Positions 51,394 through 63,400 of a stretch of 64,000 bases of DNA are shown here, in pieces; position 1 is the stretch's first letter, and each line of letters begins with the position of its first letter. The stretch lies in the sequence record MK250021.1; one strand, written 5' to 3'. The translations under genes and the position numbers were made by a program. A model generated the notes under the pieces. It saw nothing but the letters and a program-made list of their open reading frames with translations, searched no databases and had not been told where the DNA came from.

Positions 51394-53049
51394 ATGAACA
51401 CTATTCAAGAAATATTTACCAATGATATAATAAAAGGATTAAAAGAAACTTATATAATAGATAATGAAATAAAATCAAAATCATTAATTAAAAAATCTGT
51501 ATTTAATAAATTTCCTGAATTTTATAATGTATATAAACAACATTTTTCTGAAGATGAATTCAGAGAAATACTTTATTGTATATTAAAAGATATTCCTACT
51601 ATACCTAAATGTAAAAATCCTAATTGTAACAATAACACGAAATTACGGAATTTCAAAATAGGATTTCAACAATGTTGTTGTAAAGAATGTACAGCAGAAT
51701 ATCAACATTTGTCTAATGAGCATGCTGATAAATGTAAACAAGGTGCATTGAAACATTATGTCAATATACATAAAGTAGATTCATATACAGAAAATATGAA
51801 CTGTGATTATTCAAAACCAAATTATTATATATTCAATAATTATTGTATTCATGGTAATATACCGGTTTATAAAACTACGGCAAATAAAATACATGAATAT
51901 AATAACGGAACATTCTGTATTCAATGTAACAAAAACATAATAGATACATATATACCTACAGAAAAAGAAATAAATGAATTCCAAAAGATATTTCCTGAGT
52001 TTTATAAGAAATATTCACATAATATGAAATATAAATGGTGGTTAACTTATTTTCCTAAATATTATAAAATTCTAATAACTTATTTTGAAAAATATGTAGA
52101 ACCAGTTAATGATAATATAGTTATGAAAGAAGTATATTATCAATTTCTTCATGATTTAAAAGGAAGACCACATTGTTGTATATGTGATACTAAAGTTTCA
52201 TTTTCACCAACAGCAAATGAATATAGAAAATTCTGTGATAAACACTTATATGGATTTAATAAATCATCTCAAGAAATAGAATTAGGAAAATTTATTGATT
52301 CATTAAATTTAAATGTAATTAAAAATACACAAGATATTATTAAAGGTGAATTGGATTTTTATTTTCCTAATAATAATGTTGCTATAGAATATAATGGCTG
52401 TTGGTGGCATTCCGATAAATTTAAAACAAAAAATTACCATTATAATAAATGGAAACAATGTAAAGATAAAGGAATTCAATTAATATTCATATGGGAAGAT
52501 GATCTCTTATATAAAAGAGATATAGTATATTCACTTATTAAATCAAAATTAGGAATATATAATATCAGAATATATGCAAGGAAAACAATAATTAAAGAAG
52601 TTCCTTATAATATAGCAAAAGAATTTATAAATAAAAATCACCTTCAAGGATATTCGATAGATAAAATACGATTAGGACTTTATTATAATGATGAATTAAT
52701 TTCAATAATGACATTTGGTAAATCCAGATTCAAATCTGATAATGATGATATAGAGATAATAAGATTTTGTAATAAACTTAATTATCAAATAATTGGAGGC
52801 GCCAGTAAATTATTTTCACATTTTAAAAAACATTATGATTATAAAAATATTATCAGTTATGCAGAATGTGATATATCAAACGGTAAACTTTATGAGAATC
52901 TTGGAATGACTTATATAAGCAGAAGTGATAATTGGAAATGGATGTATAAAGGAATAAGATATAATAGATTAAATAAAATTAAAGATTCTGAACATAAACA
53001 AGATTTAGTTAAATGTTATAGTGCAGGAATTTTAAAATATAAATTATAA
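51394..53049 (+). CDS. Hef-like putative homing endonuclease (Zn fingers + Vsr-like nuclease + C-terminal domain; 551 aa)
   Basis: ELDFYFPNNNVAIEYNGCWWHS...IFIWEDD; IYARK...NHLQG...GGASKL...ISYA. Confidence 0.75.
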   Translation: MNTIQEIFTNDIIKGLKETYIIDNEIKSKSLIKKSVFNKFPEFYNVYKQHFSEDEFREILYCILKDIPTIPKCKNPNCNNNTKLRNFKIGFQQCCCKECTAEYQHLSNEHADKCKQGALKHYVNIHKVDSYTENMNCDYSKPNYYIFNNYCIHGNIPVYKTTANKIHEYNNGTFCIQCNKNIIDTYIPTEKEINEFQKIFPEFYKKYSHNMKYKWWLTYFPKYYKILITYFEKYVEPVNDNIVMKEVYYQFLHDLKGRPHCCICDTKVSFSPTANEYRKFCDKHLYGFNKSSQEIELGKFIDSLNLNVIKNTQDIIKGELDFYFPNNNVAIEYNGCWWHSDKFKTKNYHYNKWKQCKDKGIQLIFIWEDDLLYKRDIVYSLIKSKLGIYNIRIYARKTIIKEVPYNIAKEFINKNHLQGYSIDKIRLGLYYNDELISIMTFGKSRFKSDNDDIEIIRFCNKLNYQIIGGASKLFSHFKKHYDYKNIISYAECDISNGKLYENLGMTYISRSDNWKWMYKGIRYNRLNKIKDSEHKQDLVKCYSAGILKYKL

Positions 53050-53051
53050 TT

Positions 53052-54749
53052 ATGGAATTAAATTTAGATGAATATAGAAAAGATTTCAATATAAAAAGAT
53101 TTAATAATTTATTACGATACCATGAAGATTTATTAGATACATTAAAAAAGAAAACATCATTTTTAGATGAACATAATCCGGAGAAATCTGAACGTGTATA
53201 TTGTTGGTATAATAATATAACAGAAATTCAAAAATGTCCTCATTGTGGTAAATCTAGAAAATTCCATAAATTTCCTGTTGGTTATTTTCCTACATGTGGT
53301 ACAAAGGAATGTAGAGCAAAATCAGTTGCATATGGAAATAAATATCACCATGACTTTAAAGAAATTCAGAAAAAGATGAGAGAAACATATGCGAAAAATC
53401 ATAATGGAATTACACATAATATGCAAGATCCTGAATTTAAGAAAAAATTCTTTGAAGATTTTAAGAAGAAACATAATGGTGCATCATGTGGTGTTCAAAC
53501 AGAATTAGCAAATAAGAATAGAGAAAAATCAACATTAGAAAAATATGGTGTTAAATGTGCATTAGAATCAAAGGAAGTTCGTAATAAAATATATGAAAAA
53601 TATGGGAATAATGCACATAAAGTAATTACTGATAAATCAGCAAAAGCTAGAAAAATAAATTCATTAAATGATATTATTAAAAAAATATCAGAAATGAATT
53701 ATACATATATTTCTAATAATAATGATACATTTCAAATTAAATGTAATAAATGTGGTCATATAAATGAAATTAATAGACAAGCAATAAATTATTATTACAG
53801 AAATATAAAGCATATATATTGCAATAAATGTGAATATAAAGAATTAATGTTTAGGAGTAATTTTGAAAAAGATGTTGTAAATGAAATTGGTAAATTAATA
53901 AAAGATACAAAATATTCTATATTAACTAATAAACATATTTATAATGGTAAGGAACATTATGAAGTAGATATATTAATTCCTGAATTAAATTTAGCAATAG
54001 ATTGTAATGGTTTATATTGGCATTCTGAATTACAAAAATCAGATAATTATTATCATTATAAAAAGAAAGAATTTATAGAAAAATTAGGTTATTCTTTAAT
54101 TTNNNNNNNNNNNNNNNNNNNNNATGATATTAATAAGAAAGAAATTATATTAAGTCGTTTATCTAGTAAATTAAAATTAAATAAACATGTATATGCAAGA
54201 AAATGTATAATTAAAGAATTAACTCCTAAATTATATAGAGATTTTTGTAATGAAAATCATTTACATGGATCTGTTAATGCATCTATAAAAGTTGGATTAT
54301 ATTATAATAATGAATTAGTTGAAGTAATAGGATTAGGTAAATCTCGAAACTTAATAGGACATAATAAAGACACTGTTTCATATGAGCTATTACGTTTATG
54401 TACAAAAAAATATATTAATGTTATTGGTGGTTTTTCTAAATTAATGAAATATATTATTACTAATTTTAATATATCATCTATATATAGTTATGCTGATTTA
54501 TCATGGATTGATTTAAAAGGATCATCATATATTAATAGTGGATTTATTATAGATAAAATAATAGATAATGAATATTGGTGGGTAGTTAATAATATAAGAG
54601 AAAATCGTTTGAATTATACTAAAAATAAATTAGTATCATTAGGATATGATAAGAATTTAACAGAAATAGAAATTATGCATTCATTAAAACATTATAGAGT
54701 ATTCGGCCCTGGTAATTTAAAATTTATATATAAAAAGAAAAGTCTCTAA
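53052..54749 (+). CDS. Hef-like putative homing endonuclease, tandem paralog (565 aa; spans the N gap)
   Basis: EVDILIPELNLAIDCNGLYWHS; VYARK...NHLHG...GGFSKL...YSYAD; KYGV-like repeat. Confidence 0.75.
   Translation: MELNLDEYRKDFNIKRFNNLLRYHEDLLDTLKKKTSFLDEHNPEKSERVYCWYNNITEIQKCPHCGKSRKFHKFPVGYFPTCGTKECRAKSVAYGNKYHHDFKEIQKKMRETYAKNHNGITHNMQDPEFKKKFFEDFKKKHNGASCGVQTELANKNREKSTLEKYGVKCALESKEVRNKIYEKYGNNAHKVITDKSAKARKINSLNDIIKKISEMNYTYISNNNDTFQIKCNKCGHINEINRQAINYYYRNIKHIYCNKCEYKELMFRSNFEKDVVNEIGKLIKDTKYSILTNKHIYNGKEHYEVDILIPELNLAIDCNGLYWHSELQKSDNYYHYKKKEFIEKLGYSLIXXXXXXXXDINKKEIILSRLSSKLKLNKHVYARKCIIKELTPKLYRDFCNENHLHGSVNASIKVGLYYNNELVEVIGLGKSRNLIGHNKDTVSYELLRLCTKKYINVIGGFSKLMKYIITNFNISSIYSYADLSWIDLKGSSYINSGFIIDKIIDNEYWWVVNNIRENRLNYTKNKLVSLGYDKNLTEIEIMHSLKHYRVFGPGNLKFIYKKKSL
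54103..54123. other. assembly gap (21 N)
   Basis: Run of N inside 53052..54749; the paralog suggests a WEDD-type motif falls here. Confidence 0.95.
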
Positions 54750-54770
54750 GAAATTAATCTTAGAGACTTT
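54739..54770. terminator. bidirectional intrinsic terminator
   Basis: AAAGTCTCTAAGA / TCTTAGAGACTTT between the endonuclease and capsid genes. Confidence 0.7.
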
Positions 54771-54795
54771 ATTATATAATTGTTTGATAAAATTA

Positions 54796-56799
54796 TCAAA
54801 GACCTGCAACATCTACACAGAATGTAAGATATTGTGTTTCTGGATAGAAACCAGCGTCTACAAGAGCATATCTTGATTTTATCATAAGCTTAGGACTCAT
54901 TGTACCTTCTGCAATAATCTGAACTGATTCAGCCATTACATATGGACAGAAGTGAACACCTGGTTCATCCTTGCCACCCTTACGACCAACAAGTACACGG
55001 TTATCAGAACCACCCATAAGAGGGTCAACATAGATTGTCAAACCGAACATACCACCGATTGGATAAAGTGAACCGCCATTCTGAGAAATAGTGTTAGCAA
55101 CAGGTGAGAATGTATAGTTAGCGTTACTCTGAAGGAGTGTAGCGATTGTGATGTTAGTTACAGCGAATGTAGCTGCACCATAACGACCTCTCTGAAGAAT
55201 CCAGTTAGAAGCAGCCAAGAAGTTAACAGCAAGTCTCTTAAGAAGAGTATCACGGTTTTCGAAAGCTGCGCCAGAAGGAATATACATTGGCTTGTATGGA
55301 AGAGCAACATTTACATAGCTCTTATAAGCAACACCAGTTGCATCATTCATATCTGACTGAGGAATTGCAAGAGCAGGAGTCATACGAACACCAGAAGTTG
55401 CAGTATAAGAAGGATCGAAGCTAAGATTCAAGTTAGCTGCAGGACCTTCAACCTCAACAAGTTTGTAATGGTTCTTCCAACCAAGAGCGAACAAACGAGA
55501 TGTGATGTGACGGTTAATAGTTGCAGAAAGCTCGTTGATACCAGCATTCTCTACCATCTTGATAACATCGATACCCCATTGTTTCTGAAGGTCTGTTACC
55601 TGTTCCTGTGTTACAGCGCAACCCACCATAATTGTACCAACCTGTACGTTCTTTGTGAACAACTGAAGTGAAAGTTGACGAGCCATTGTTTGCTCACCAG
55701 TACCACGACTCATTGGTTCATAAAGTGTTGTACCATCCTGATATGTACCATACCAAGCGTCACGATCACGCTCACCAGCACCTGTGAAACCTTGAATTTG
55801 ATCCTCAAGCATTGAGATAAGACGAGGAGCGTGAAGTGTAAGAACTACATTTACTTCCTCAGAAGAACCAACTGGAGTATAAACTGCAGTAAAATCAAGT
55901 GAACCACCATTGAAATATGCACCAAGTGACTGTGTACCAGAAACCACCTTGAACATAGGATCACCATCGATACGAGACCAACCAATGAACTCAACTACAA
56001 GTTCGTTAGAAGCACCTACATGTGGATGAGAAGAATCGAAATCTACAAAATCAGATGCAGATACAAGTGTTGTACCAGCAGGCATTGCAGAAGCACCCTT
56101 CAACATACGCTTAATCTGTGCAGGAGACAACTTAACAGCAGTAGAAGAATCTGTTGTAGAACCATCAGCAACAGTAGCCTCACCAGGAGCAATAGAAGCC
56201 TTGAATGAATGAGGAAGACCATACATCTCGAAAGGAGCGTTAGTCTGAGAGTTAGCCTGAGGATTCTGTGTACGAGCTGAATAAGCAGGAGTAGCACCAT
56301 AAGGTTGCTTTGAACCTGAATATACATAATCCATATAAGGAAGAACACCGGTAGGACCATCAAGTGGAGTTGTGTTTACAAGTTCGAAACCGATAGTCTT
56401 AGCAGCGACCTTAAGAGCAAGAGGTAACAAAGTAGGATACTTGTCACCAGAACCAAGGTTCTTGTTATCAGCGTAGTCAGCGCCAGTCAAAGCAGGTTTG
56501 CCAGCAGGAACTGGATCACCAACACCGAGTGTATTATAAAGGTTGTTATATGGTTGATATGTACCACCGAACTGTGAATATGCGTTAGATGGCATTACGA
56601 ATGCATCCTCATTCAACTTTGCTGTATTATGTGCAAGCTGAGACATCCAAGCAAGTTTATCAGCATCTTCAACACCTGTGATTTTCTTAATAGTAGGTGC
56701 CCATGATTCATAGATAGCTTTGTCGCTATTCTTAGCAGTTGCACGATTTACATATGATTCGTAAGCCTATGCAACAGACTTATTACTTTTTACTTTCAT
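54796..56799 (-). CDS. major capsid protein, T4 gp23-like (667 aa; single TAG at codon 11)
   Basis: LLPLALKVAAKTIGFELVNTTPLDGPTG, AGINELSATINRHI, YCPY-like HFCPY, SRYAL; upstream frame is open to ATG 56799 (MKVKSNKSVA*AYESY...ESWAPTIKK), matching the gp23-like propeptide. Confidence 0.92.
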
Positions 56800-57233
56800 A
56801 TTAAAATTTTGTTTATTAATTTTTTGTTAAATTTTATATTGAATTTCTTAAAATATTTATCTAAGTTATTTTTATTAATATTTACGTTTTAATTTGATAA
56901 TTTAATAACTTATAATATTTATTCAATATAATAATGGATATAAAATAAAAATATCCGTATTAAAGTTTAACTCAGATTACTTTTTACAAATTATTTATAT
57001 AATTAAATCACTATATTAAAATTTTGATTTATATATAATTACACTTTTTGTTTTCTAAGTATACTTTATTAAAATCTGTTCTTTAAATATAACCATTTTA
57101 ATTTGGTATGGTTAATTCAGTAGAATTGATTATTATAATTAATTTATTAAGTATTCTGTTATTTAAATTATTTATCTAATTATTTATCTATATTAAATTT
57201 AGTTAAAATTAAATTTAGTATATTTTAATTAGA

Positions 57234-57506
57234 TTATTTATTATTTTGTGTTTGCTGTTTTTCTTCTTGTTTCAACATATTATATGCTTTCATAAATTCT
57301 ATAGTATCATTAGAAAGCTTTGTATTTAACTTTTGATGTATATCTTTTACTTCTACACGTATATCATCTATAGAATCACGCATAGCAGGTTTAGTTATAC
57401 AAATATCCCAAATAATAGATCCCAATACAAATATAATAATTAGGATAGAACCTATACAACTAAATGAATTATAACATTTTTGAGTTGTCTAATTAGCATT
57501 TATCAT
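57234..57506 (-). CDS. small membrane/coiled-coil protein (90 aa; TAG at codon 6)
   Basis: TM helix CIGSILIIIFVLGSIIW is complete only when read from ATG 57506. Confidence 0.7.
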
Positions 57507-57564
57507 TTTTCATTAAAGTTATTATTTTTAATATATTTTCTCCCACTGTAATAACTTCTTTTAA

Positions 57565-58089
57565 TTATTTATCTTCTATTTTTAAAGTATCTTCTATTGC
57601 TTTATATTTTGTTAACTTATTGCATTTATCTAATGCTTTTTTATATTTTTCAGTAAAGAACTTATATGTATAATCATTTCGTTCTTTCATTGAATATAAA
57701 TCTTGAAGAATAGGATCATTTGGGTGATTCTATGAAATAAATCTATACATTAAATCAATTTCAAGCTATGTTGTATTATAAGCATGATGTAATACTTCTT
57801 CTTCAATATTTATTACATCTAAAATATAATATATATCATCTGCATAATCATCTTTTGTTACTGCAGTATTTACTATTTCATTTAAATCTTTAACTTCTGT
57901 ATGTAATTCTTGGATTTCATTATTATATATTTTTGAATAACTAAAATATATAACACCCAATAAAATAACAATACCCAATAAATTTCTTAATACTTTAGGA
58001 ATTTTAAATAAGGAATCAATGAATTCTTTTATTGCTTCTTGATCCCCTACTTTCTTAAAAAAATAGGATAAAATCTAAAATATATACAT
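57565..58089 (-). CDS. membrane/coiled-coil protein (174 aa; 3 TAG, first at codon 5)
   Basis: TM helix LLGIVILLGVIYFSY; frame open ATG 58089 to TAA 57565 via TAG. Confidence 0.7.
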
Positions 58090-58217
58090 TTGTATTTTTA
58101 AGTAATTAATATTATTTTAATATTTATTTCGATAGATATGTATAAAAAGAAAAGGGATATAAACGTTCAACTTCTACGTTTATATCCCTTAATATATATT
58201 AGCGCTTTTAAAATAGG

Positions 58218-59603
58218 TTATTTATTTATCGCAACTGAATACTCATCAATAAGAGCATCCAAAAACTTTTGTCCATTAAATCCAACCTTAAGAAACTTAA
58301 GTAACATTGGTGAATATCCAGACATATAAATATTTCCATAATTATCTGTTTCTGGTACTGTAGTATTTCTTGAATTAAAATTCCACCAAACAATATGAGT
58401 ATTCATATTATTCTTTTTAAAAATATCCATCATCTCATCTTTTGTTTGATTACTACCACAATCCATTTCCATATCAGATAATACAATAATCCATTCTGGT
58501 GCATTCTCTTTATCAAGATTCTTCAATGCTTCACATACAGCAGCAAAATCTGTATTTGAACAATCACCTGTATACATAGATTGAATCTCTCTCATATATT
58601 GTGAAGTTTCCGTAATCTTCTGTGTTTTTGTAACAGAAGTTCTCCAATAATATTCTTGATATGTATTTTCAATACCAAGTTTCAATAACTGCGGATGACT
58701 TGAAAAACTCAATACAGTATCAGGTGCATAAGATGAACATTTAGCAAGATAATGACCTACTGCATAAGCCTTACCCATACTATCATTAGAATCATGCATA
58801 GATCCTGATGTATCTACTACTGGAATCCAACTTCCTGAAATCTTTTCAATTTTACTAAAGAAAAGATCTGGATCAATCTTCTCACGATTCTTGTAAATAT
58901 CATATACATTAGTAGTAGAAATCTTCAATTCTGCTTTACCAGAGCGTACATCTTCCTGATATTTAGCAAATCTTTCCTTTGTATCGTCACCTGTTGCAAA
59001 ACGGTTAAAATACTTAATCATCGCAAGTGAAGGCACTTGTTCAAACTTAATAGCTTCTGTATTATGTCTTGAAAGTTTCTGCTCTGTTGTATCAGATTTA
59101 ATGAAATGTCCATATGTCTGTTTATTCATTCTAAACTGCTTTGCAATCTTACGAGCAAGCATAAGGTTCTTAGATGAATATCGTGGCATCCACTTCTTAC
59201 AAAGTTCATTACCATTACGAATTTCCTTATACAAATATTCACACATATTTGCAAAGGCGTCATCTGGCATAGTCTCCCAACCAATAAACAAGTCATCATA
59301 TCGGCCAGCTTTAACAACCATATCTGGTGTTACATCAGTCATCAACATAAGTCTGCGTCCAAGTTCACGTCTACCCAAACCAAATCTAGGATCTCGCATC
59401 ATCATAGCAAACAGTTTCTCTCTATCTGATTTTCCAATCATAGGAATCTCATCAAGATGCTTACTATAATACTCAGACATAAACAAAATATCCAACATAG
59501 GATTCATTGTTGTACTATATGCCTTGTCACCATTCTCTGTAGTCTTTAATGCAAAAATCTCTTCAAGTTTCATAAAATTATTCATTTTAATTTTGTTATT
59601 CAA
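58218..59603 (-). CDS. DUF2828-type TROVE/Ro-like + vWA protein (start may be 59582 or 59573)
   Basis: TTENGDKAY, RDPRFGLGRR, GRYDDL, KKWMPR, VPSLAM, MIDAS motif DTSGSM, TDF, SDMEMD, VWWN. Confidence 0.8.
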   Translation of the reverse strand: MNNKIKMNNFMKLEEIFALKTTENGDKAYSTTMNPMLDILFMSEYYSKHLDEIPMIGKSDREKLFAMMMRDPRFGLGRRELGRRLMLMTDVTPDMVVKAGRYDDLFIGWETMPDDAFANMCEYLYKEIRNGNELCKKWMPRYSSKNLMLARKIAKQFRMNKQTYGHFIKSDTTEQKLSRHNTEAIKFEQVPSLAMIKYFNRFATGDDTKERFAKYQEDVRSGKAELKISTTNVYDIYKNREKIDPDLFFSKIEKISGSWIPVVDTSGSMHDSNDSMGKAYAVGHYLAKCSSYAPDTVLSFSSHPQLLKLGIENTYQEYYWRTSVTKTQKITETSQYMREIQSMYTGDCSNTDFAAVCEALKNLDKENAPEWIIVLSDMEMDCGSNQTKDEMMDIFKKNNMNTHIVWWNFNSRNTTVPETDNYGNIYMSGYSPMLLKFLKVGFNGQKFLDALIDEYSVAINK

Positions 59604-59800
59604 AAGTCATTAATTTAATTAATTATCCAAAAATTATTAAAATAAAAAGTTGCGGTATTAACTTTCATATTAATAACAAAAAATTCAAGAGTCTTGTTGT
59701 TACCTATCAATCATAAAATATAGTCTAATAAAATAGTTTGCTGTATTGACTCTCATTATTATGTATATAATGATAAATTAAAAATGTCTATTATCTATCA

Positions 59801-60346
59801 TTATTTTTTCTTTATTAAATGTCCATGTGATATACACCACATCATTAAATCATATATGAGCGTTATAAGTTCATCTCCTTCTAGTACAGGATCTTTAAAC
59901 TCATATTTCTTTAATTTTATATGTTTATATATACCTTTTGTCTCTAATGGTTTATACATTACTTTATACATATAATCAATATCATTGTTTGTATCTTTTC
60001 TTTTAATTATATGTAATTTTAATGCATGATAATTTTTTGTTGTTTCTACATTAACAGCATTATATTCATTATCACAATATATAGTAGATGGTAATAATTC
60101 TATTAGTTGGTCTAATGTAAAACTTTTATAAGACATCTTTGCACTTAACCTATAATTACCATTACTGAATCTTAATTCATTATAAGAACTTGTATTTGCA
60201 TTATCTAATATTATATCAAATTCATATGGTGAATTTGTTCCACATGTATATTGGTAATAAAGGTGAACATGCTTATATTTCGGCATATACCCACCATATA
60301 TTTCATTTAATTTTACTTGTTCATCTGCTAATAACCAATTTCTCAT
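59801..60346 (-). CDS. hypothetical protein (181 aa)
   Basis: Open frame. Confidence 0.7.
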   Translation of the reverse strand: MRNWLLADEQVKLNEIYGGYMPKYKHVHLYYQYTCGTNSPYEFDIILDNANTSSYNELRFSNGNYRLSAKMSYKSFTLDQLIELLPSTIYCDNEYNAVNVETTKNYHALKLHIIKRKDTNNDIDYMYKVMYKPLETKGIYKHIKLKKYEFKDPVLEGDELITLIYDLMMWCISHGHLIKKK

Positions 60347-60445
60347 ATCTTAAAAATTATTAAAATAAAAAGAGTAGATAAATGATTTATTATCAAATAC
60401 CTACTCTTTATATTATTTAGAATATAATTAAAAGTCTAGTTTAAA

Positions 60446-63400
60446 TTAAACTAAAATTCTTATTGCATGCTTTGGTAACTATGTTAATTTACCACCTACT
60501 GTACAATCAACTAATCCTGTATCATCTGTTGTATCAACATATGATTTTGGATTAACTTTTATTTTACGTAATGGTTCATCATTTTCAGAAGCAATAACAG
60601 CATTTATCCAATCTTCAACAGGAATGTCTATATTGTCTTTATGCCATGTTTCTTCATTACCATCAACATAAACTCTTACATCATCTACGCCTTCTAGAAT
60701 ATCTTTAAGATTTGCCTTGAATCTTTTACCATTTAATGTATTAGTTAAAACTTGTGAGTCTACAACTATATTGCATTCAACAGTTTTACCATTCAAATCA
60801 TTCATCTTTTCTGCTTTAGGATTTTCTGGTGTTTTATTCAAGTTATTCTTATCGAATTCAAATTGATCTGGCGTATTGTCAATGTCTTTGAATTGAGACG
60901 GATCTGGTTTAATCTCATTTGAAGTTACATCAATAGTTTTACCATTTTTTGTAATCTTCAACTTTTGTTTATCACCAGTTTCTTCTTCAACTGCATATAC
61001 AGTCCATGGTTCATTCTTATAAAGAATCTTATCATTTACCTCATATTCAATAATTGCGCCTTCCTCTAAGAAAGGATTTTTCTTTTGTTTTTCAGTTACA
61101 AGATTAACATTAGGAAGTTTTGGTTTCACTGCTTCATTTTCATCCTGTTGTGGATCTAATGCTCCAACTAAACCGTCTTTCTTTTGTTTATCTTCGATTT
61201 CCTATTTAAAATCGTTATCTTCTTGCGTACCATATTTAGCATCATTTGCAGCTTTTGAATTATCAAGATCATTATCAGCGTCAACCTTTGTTGAACGTTT
61301 AATCTTACAATTCTCATTTATATACTTATTATTAGCGTCATATGATTTCCCTGTTAATGCGCTGAATATAGAAGAAACAACAAACATACAATCATCAGTA
61401 TCAGTTATATTATAAGATGTAAGTTGTTCACCCTTATCTGAATAATCAACTTTTAAAGACTCTATTGTTTGTCCAGGAACTTCATCTTTGAAATCTTCTA
61501 ATATTTGATAAAATTCTTTTGCATCCCTGTAATAAATATCTGCACCAATTTGATATATTGCATATGATTCAGAATCACCATCATACTCTTCTGATATTAC
61601 GAAATACTTTACAGTATCTGAATCTTCACCATAAGAATCAATATCTGTAACAATTATATTATGTTCATCATTAATTGCTTTTTCTGCAGACTTTATTGCT
61701 TTATCATGCATTTTACCTAATGTATCAAAATCTGTTTCTTCATTATAATCTTCTATTGGATCATTACCTTTAGAATCGGATGTAGAAATCTCGTTTGTGG
61801 TACTTCCATCAATTATCTCTTCTGTGAGAGGAGCACCTTTCTAATCCTTTGATTTAGAAGCCTTGATGGTAGCTTCATTTAAGAAAAAACTTTTACCTGC
61901 TTTATTTTTGAATACAGGTGTAATCTTGATAGATTTATGTTCTTTTAAAGGTTTCTTATCAGTTTTTACTACTTTCTTTTCTGGTATCTCTGTACCATCA
62001 GCGGAAGGTGCTGGTAATTCAATCTCAGTATTACCTGATTTATATGTTGGAATAATTACATCTTCATCGTCTGAATCTTCATCGTCTGAATCTTCATCGT
62101 CTGAATCAGCATCATCTACTTCCTTCATATTAAAACCAAAAGTATCATCGTCATCAGAATCATCTTCATTTGATTCTTCATCATCTTCCATTTTACTTAA
62201 AGGATAATCCCACTCCCAATCATCATCGTCATCATCAGAATCAAGTTTCTGTGAAAATACATCACGGTCTTCATCATTACCGTCTCTTAAATATGCATCT
62301 TCCCAATCTTCATCATTGTCATCATCTGAACCACGTAAAGCGGCAATTGTTGGACCAACTTCCTCATTTGCAGGTTCAGCAGTATCACAAATAGATGTAT
62401 AATCAGGATGTCCCTTAATTGCGTCGATAACAGCGGCATAAAGTTCATTAGTCATAGGTTCGTTATCAAGAATAGGATTATTGTTATCATCAAGATAGAA
62501 TTCTATAGTCTTGTTCTCTACATACTTCTTACCTGTGCCATCAATCATAGGAACGATTACGATAACAGAACCTGATTTTTCTTTCTTACCTTCCTTAACA
62601 TTCTCATCAAACATTACATCTGCAATCTTATAAGAGAATTTAGGTTGGTATGCATCTTCTTTTTCTTCTTCCTCTGTTTTAGGTGTATTCTCTGGATTTT
62701 CTTCAACATCCGTATTTGTTCCAAGAGGATCTTCTGTATCGCCACCAAATACATCTGTAGCTTCGTCACCTGGTTCAGCAACTTCATCATCAGACGTTTC
62801 ATCATCTGTACCCATATCAACAGTTGTCATACCTGTATTTTCAGGTTCATCCTCATCAGAAGTGTCACCAATAGTATCATCTTCAGAATTCATTTCATCA
62901 TTATCTTCATCAGAAATTGTATCATCTTCTGTTTCTTCTGGTTCGAAAATATCGTCATCGTCCTCTGAATCAATTGAAGAATTATTATCGTCATCGAAAC
63001 TTACTTCCTTAAATGCTTCTTCATCATCTTGATCATTATCATCATCAGAAGTAAACATATCTTCATCTGAATCTTCATCATCTGAATCCTCAAAATCTGG
63101 TTCATCTTCTGTTTCATCATTATCAGCATCTATTGCATCTGCGGCAGCATCATCAAAACCAGTACCATCTTCCTCTGAATCTTCATCATCAGAATCACTA
63201 CCTAAGAACTTAGCGAATTCATCATCAGATACTCTATCATCAGATTCATCAGACTCCTCATCACTAAAGTTATCAGTTGCTTCAGAATCTCCATTTTCTC
63301 CACTTAACGGTTGTGAAAGTTCATCTTTATTCGCGTCAACTTCATCATCAGACATTGGTTCATTTGGTTTTTCCTTAGTTACAGAACCATCATTTGTATC

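Noticed and set aside
56800-57233. Replication origin in the extremely AT-rich 430-bp gap
   Set aside because: No iterons or DnaA-box pattern; adequately explained as the promoter region of the capsid gene
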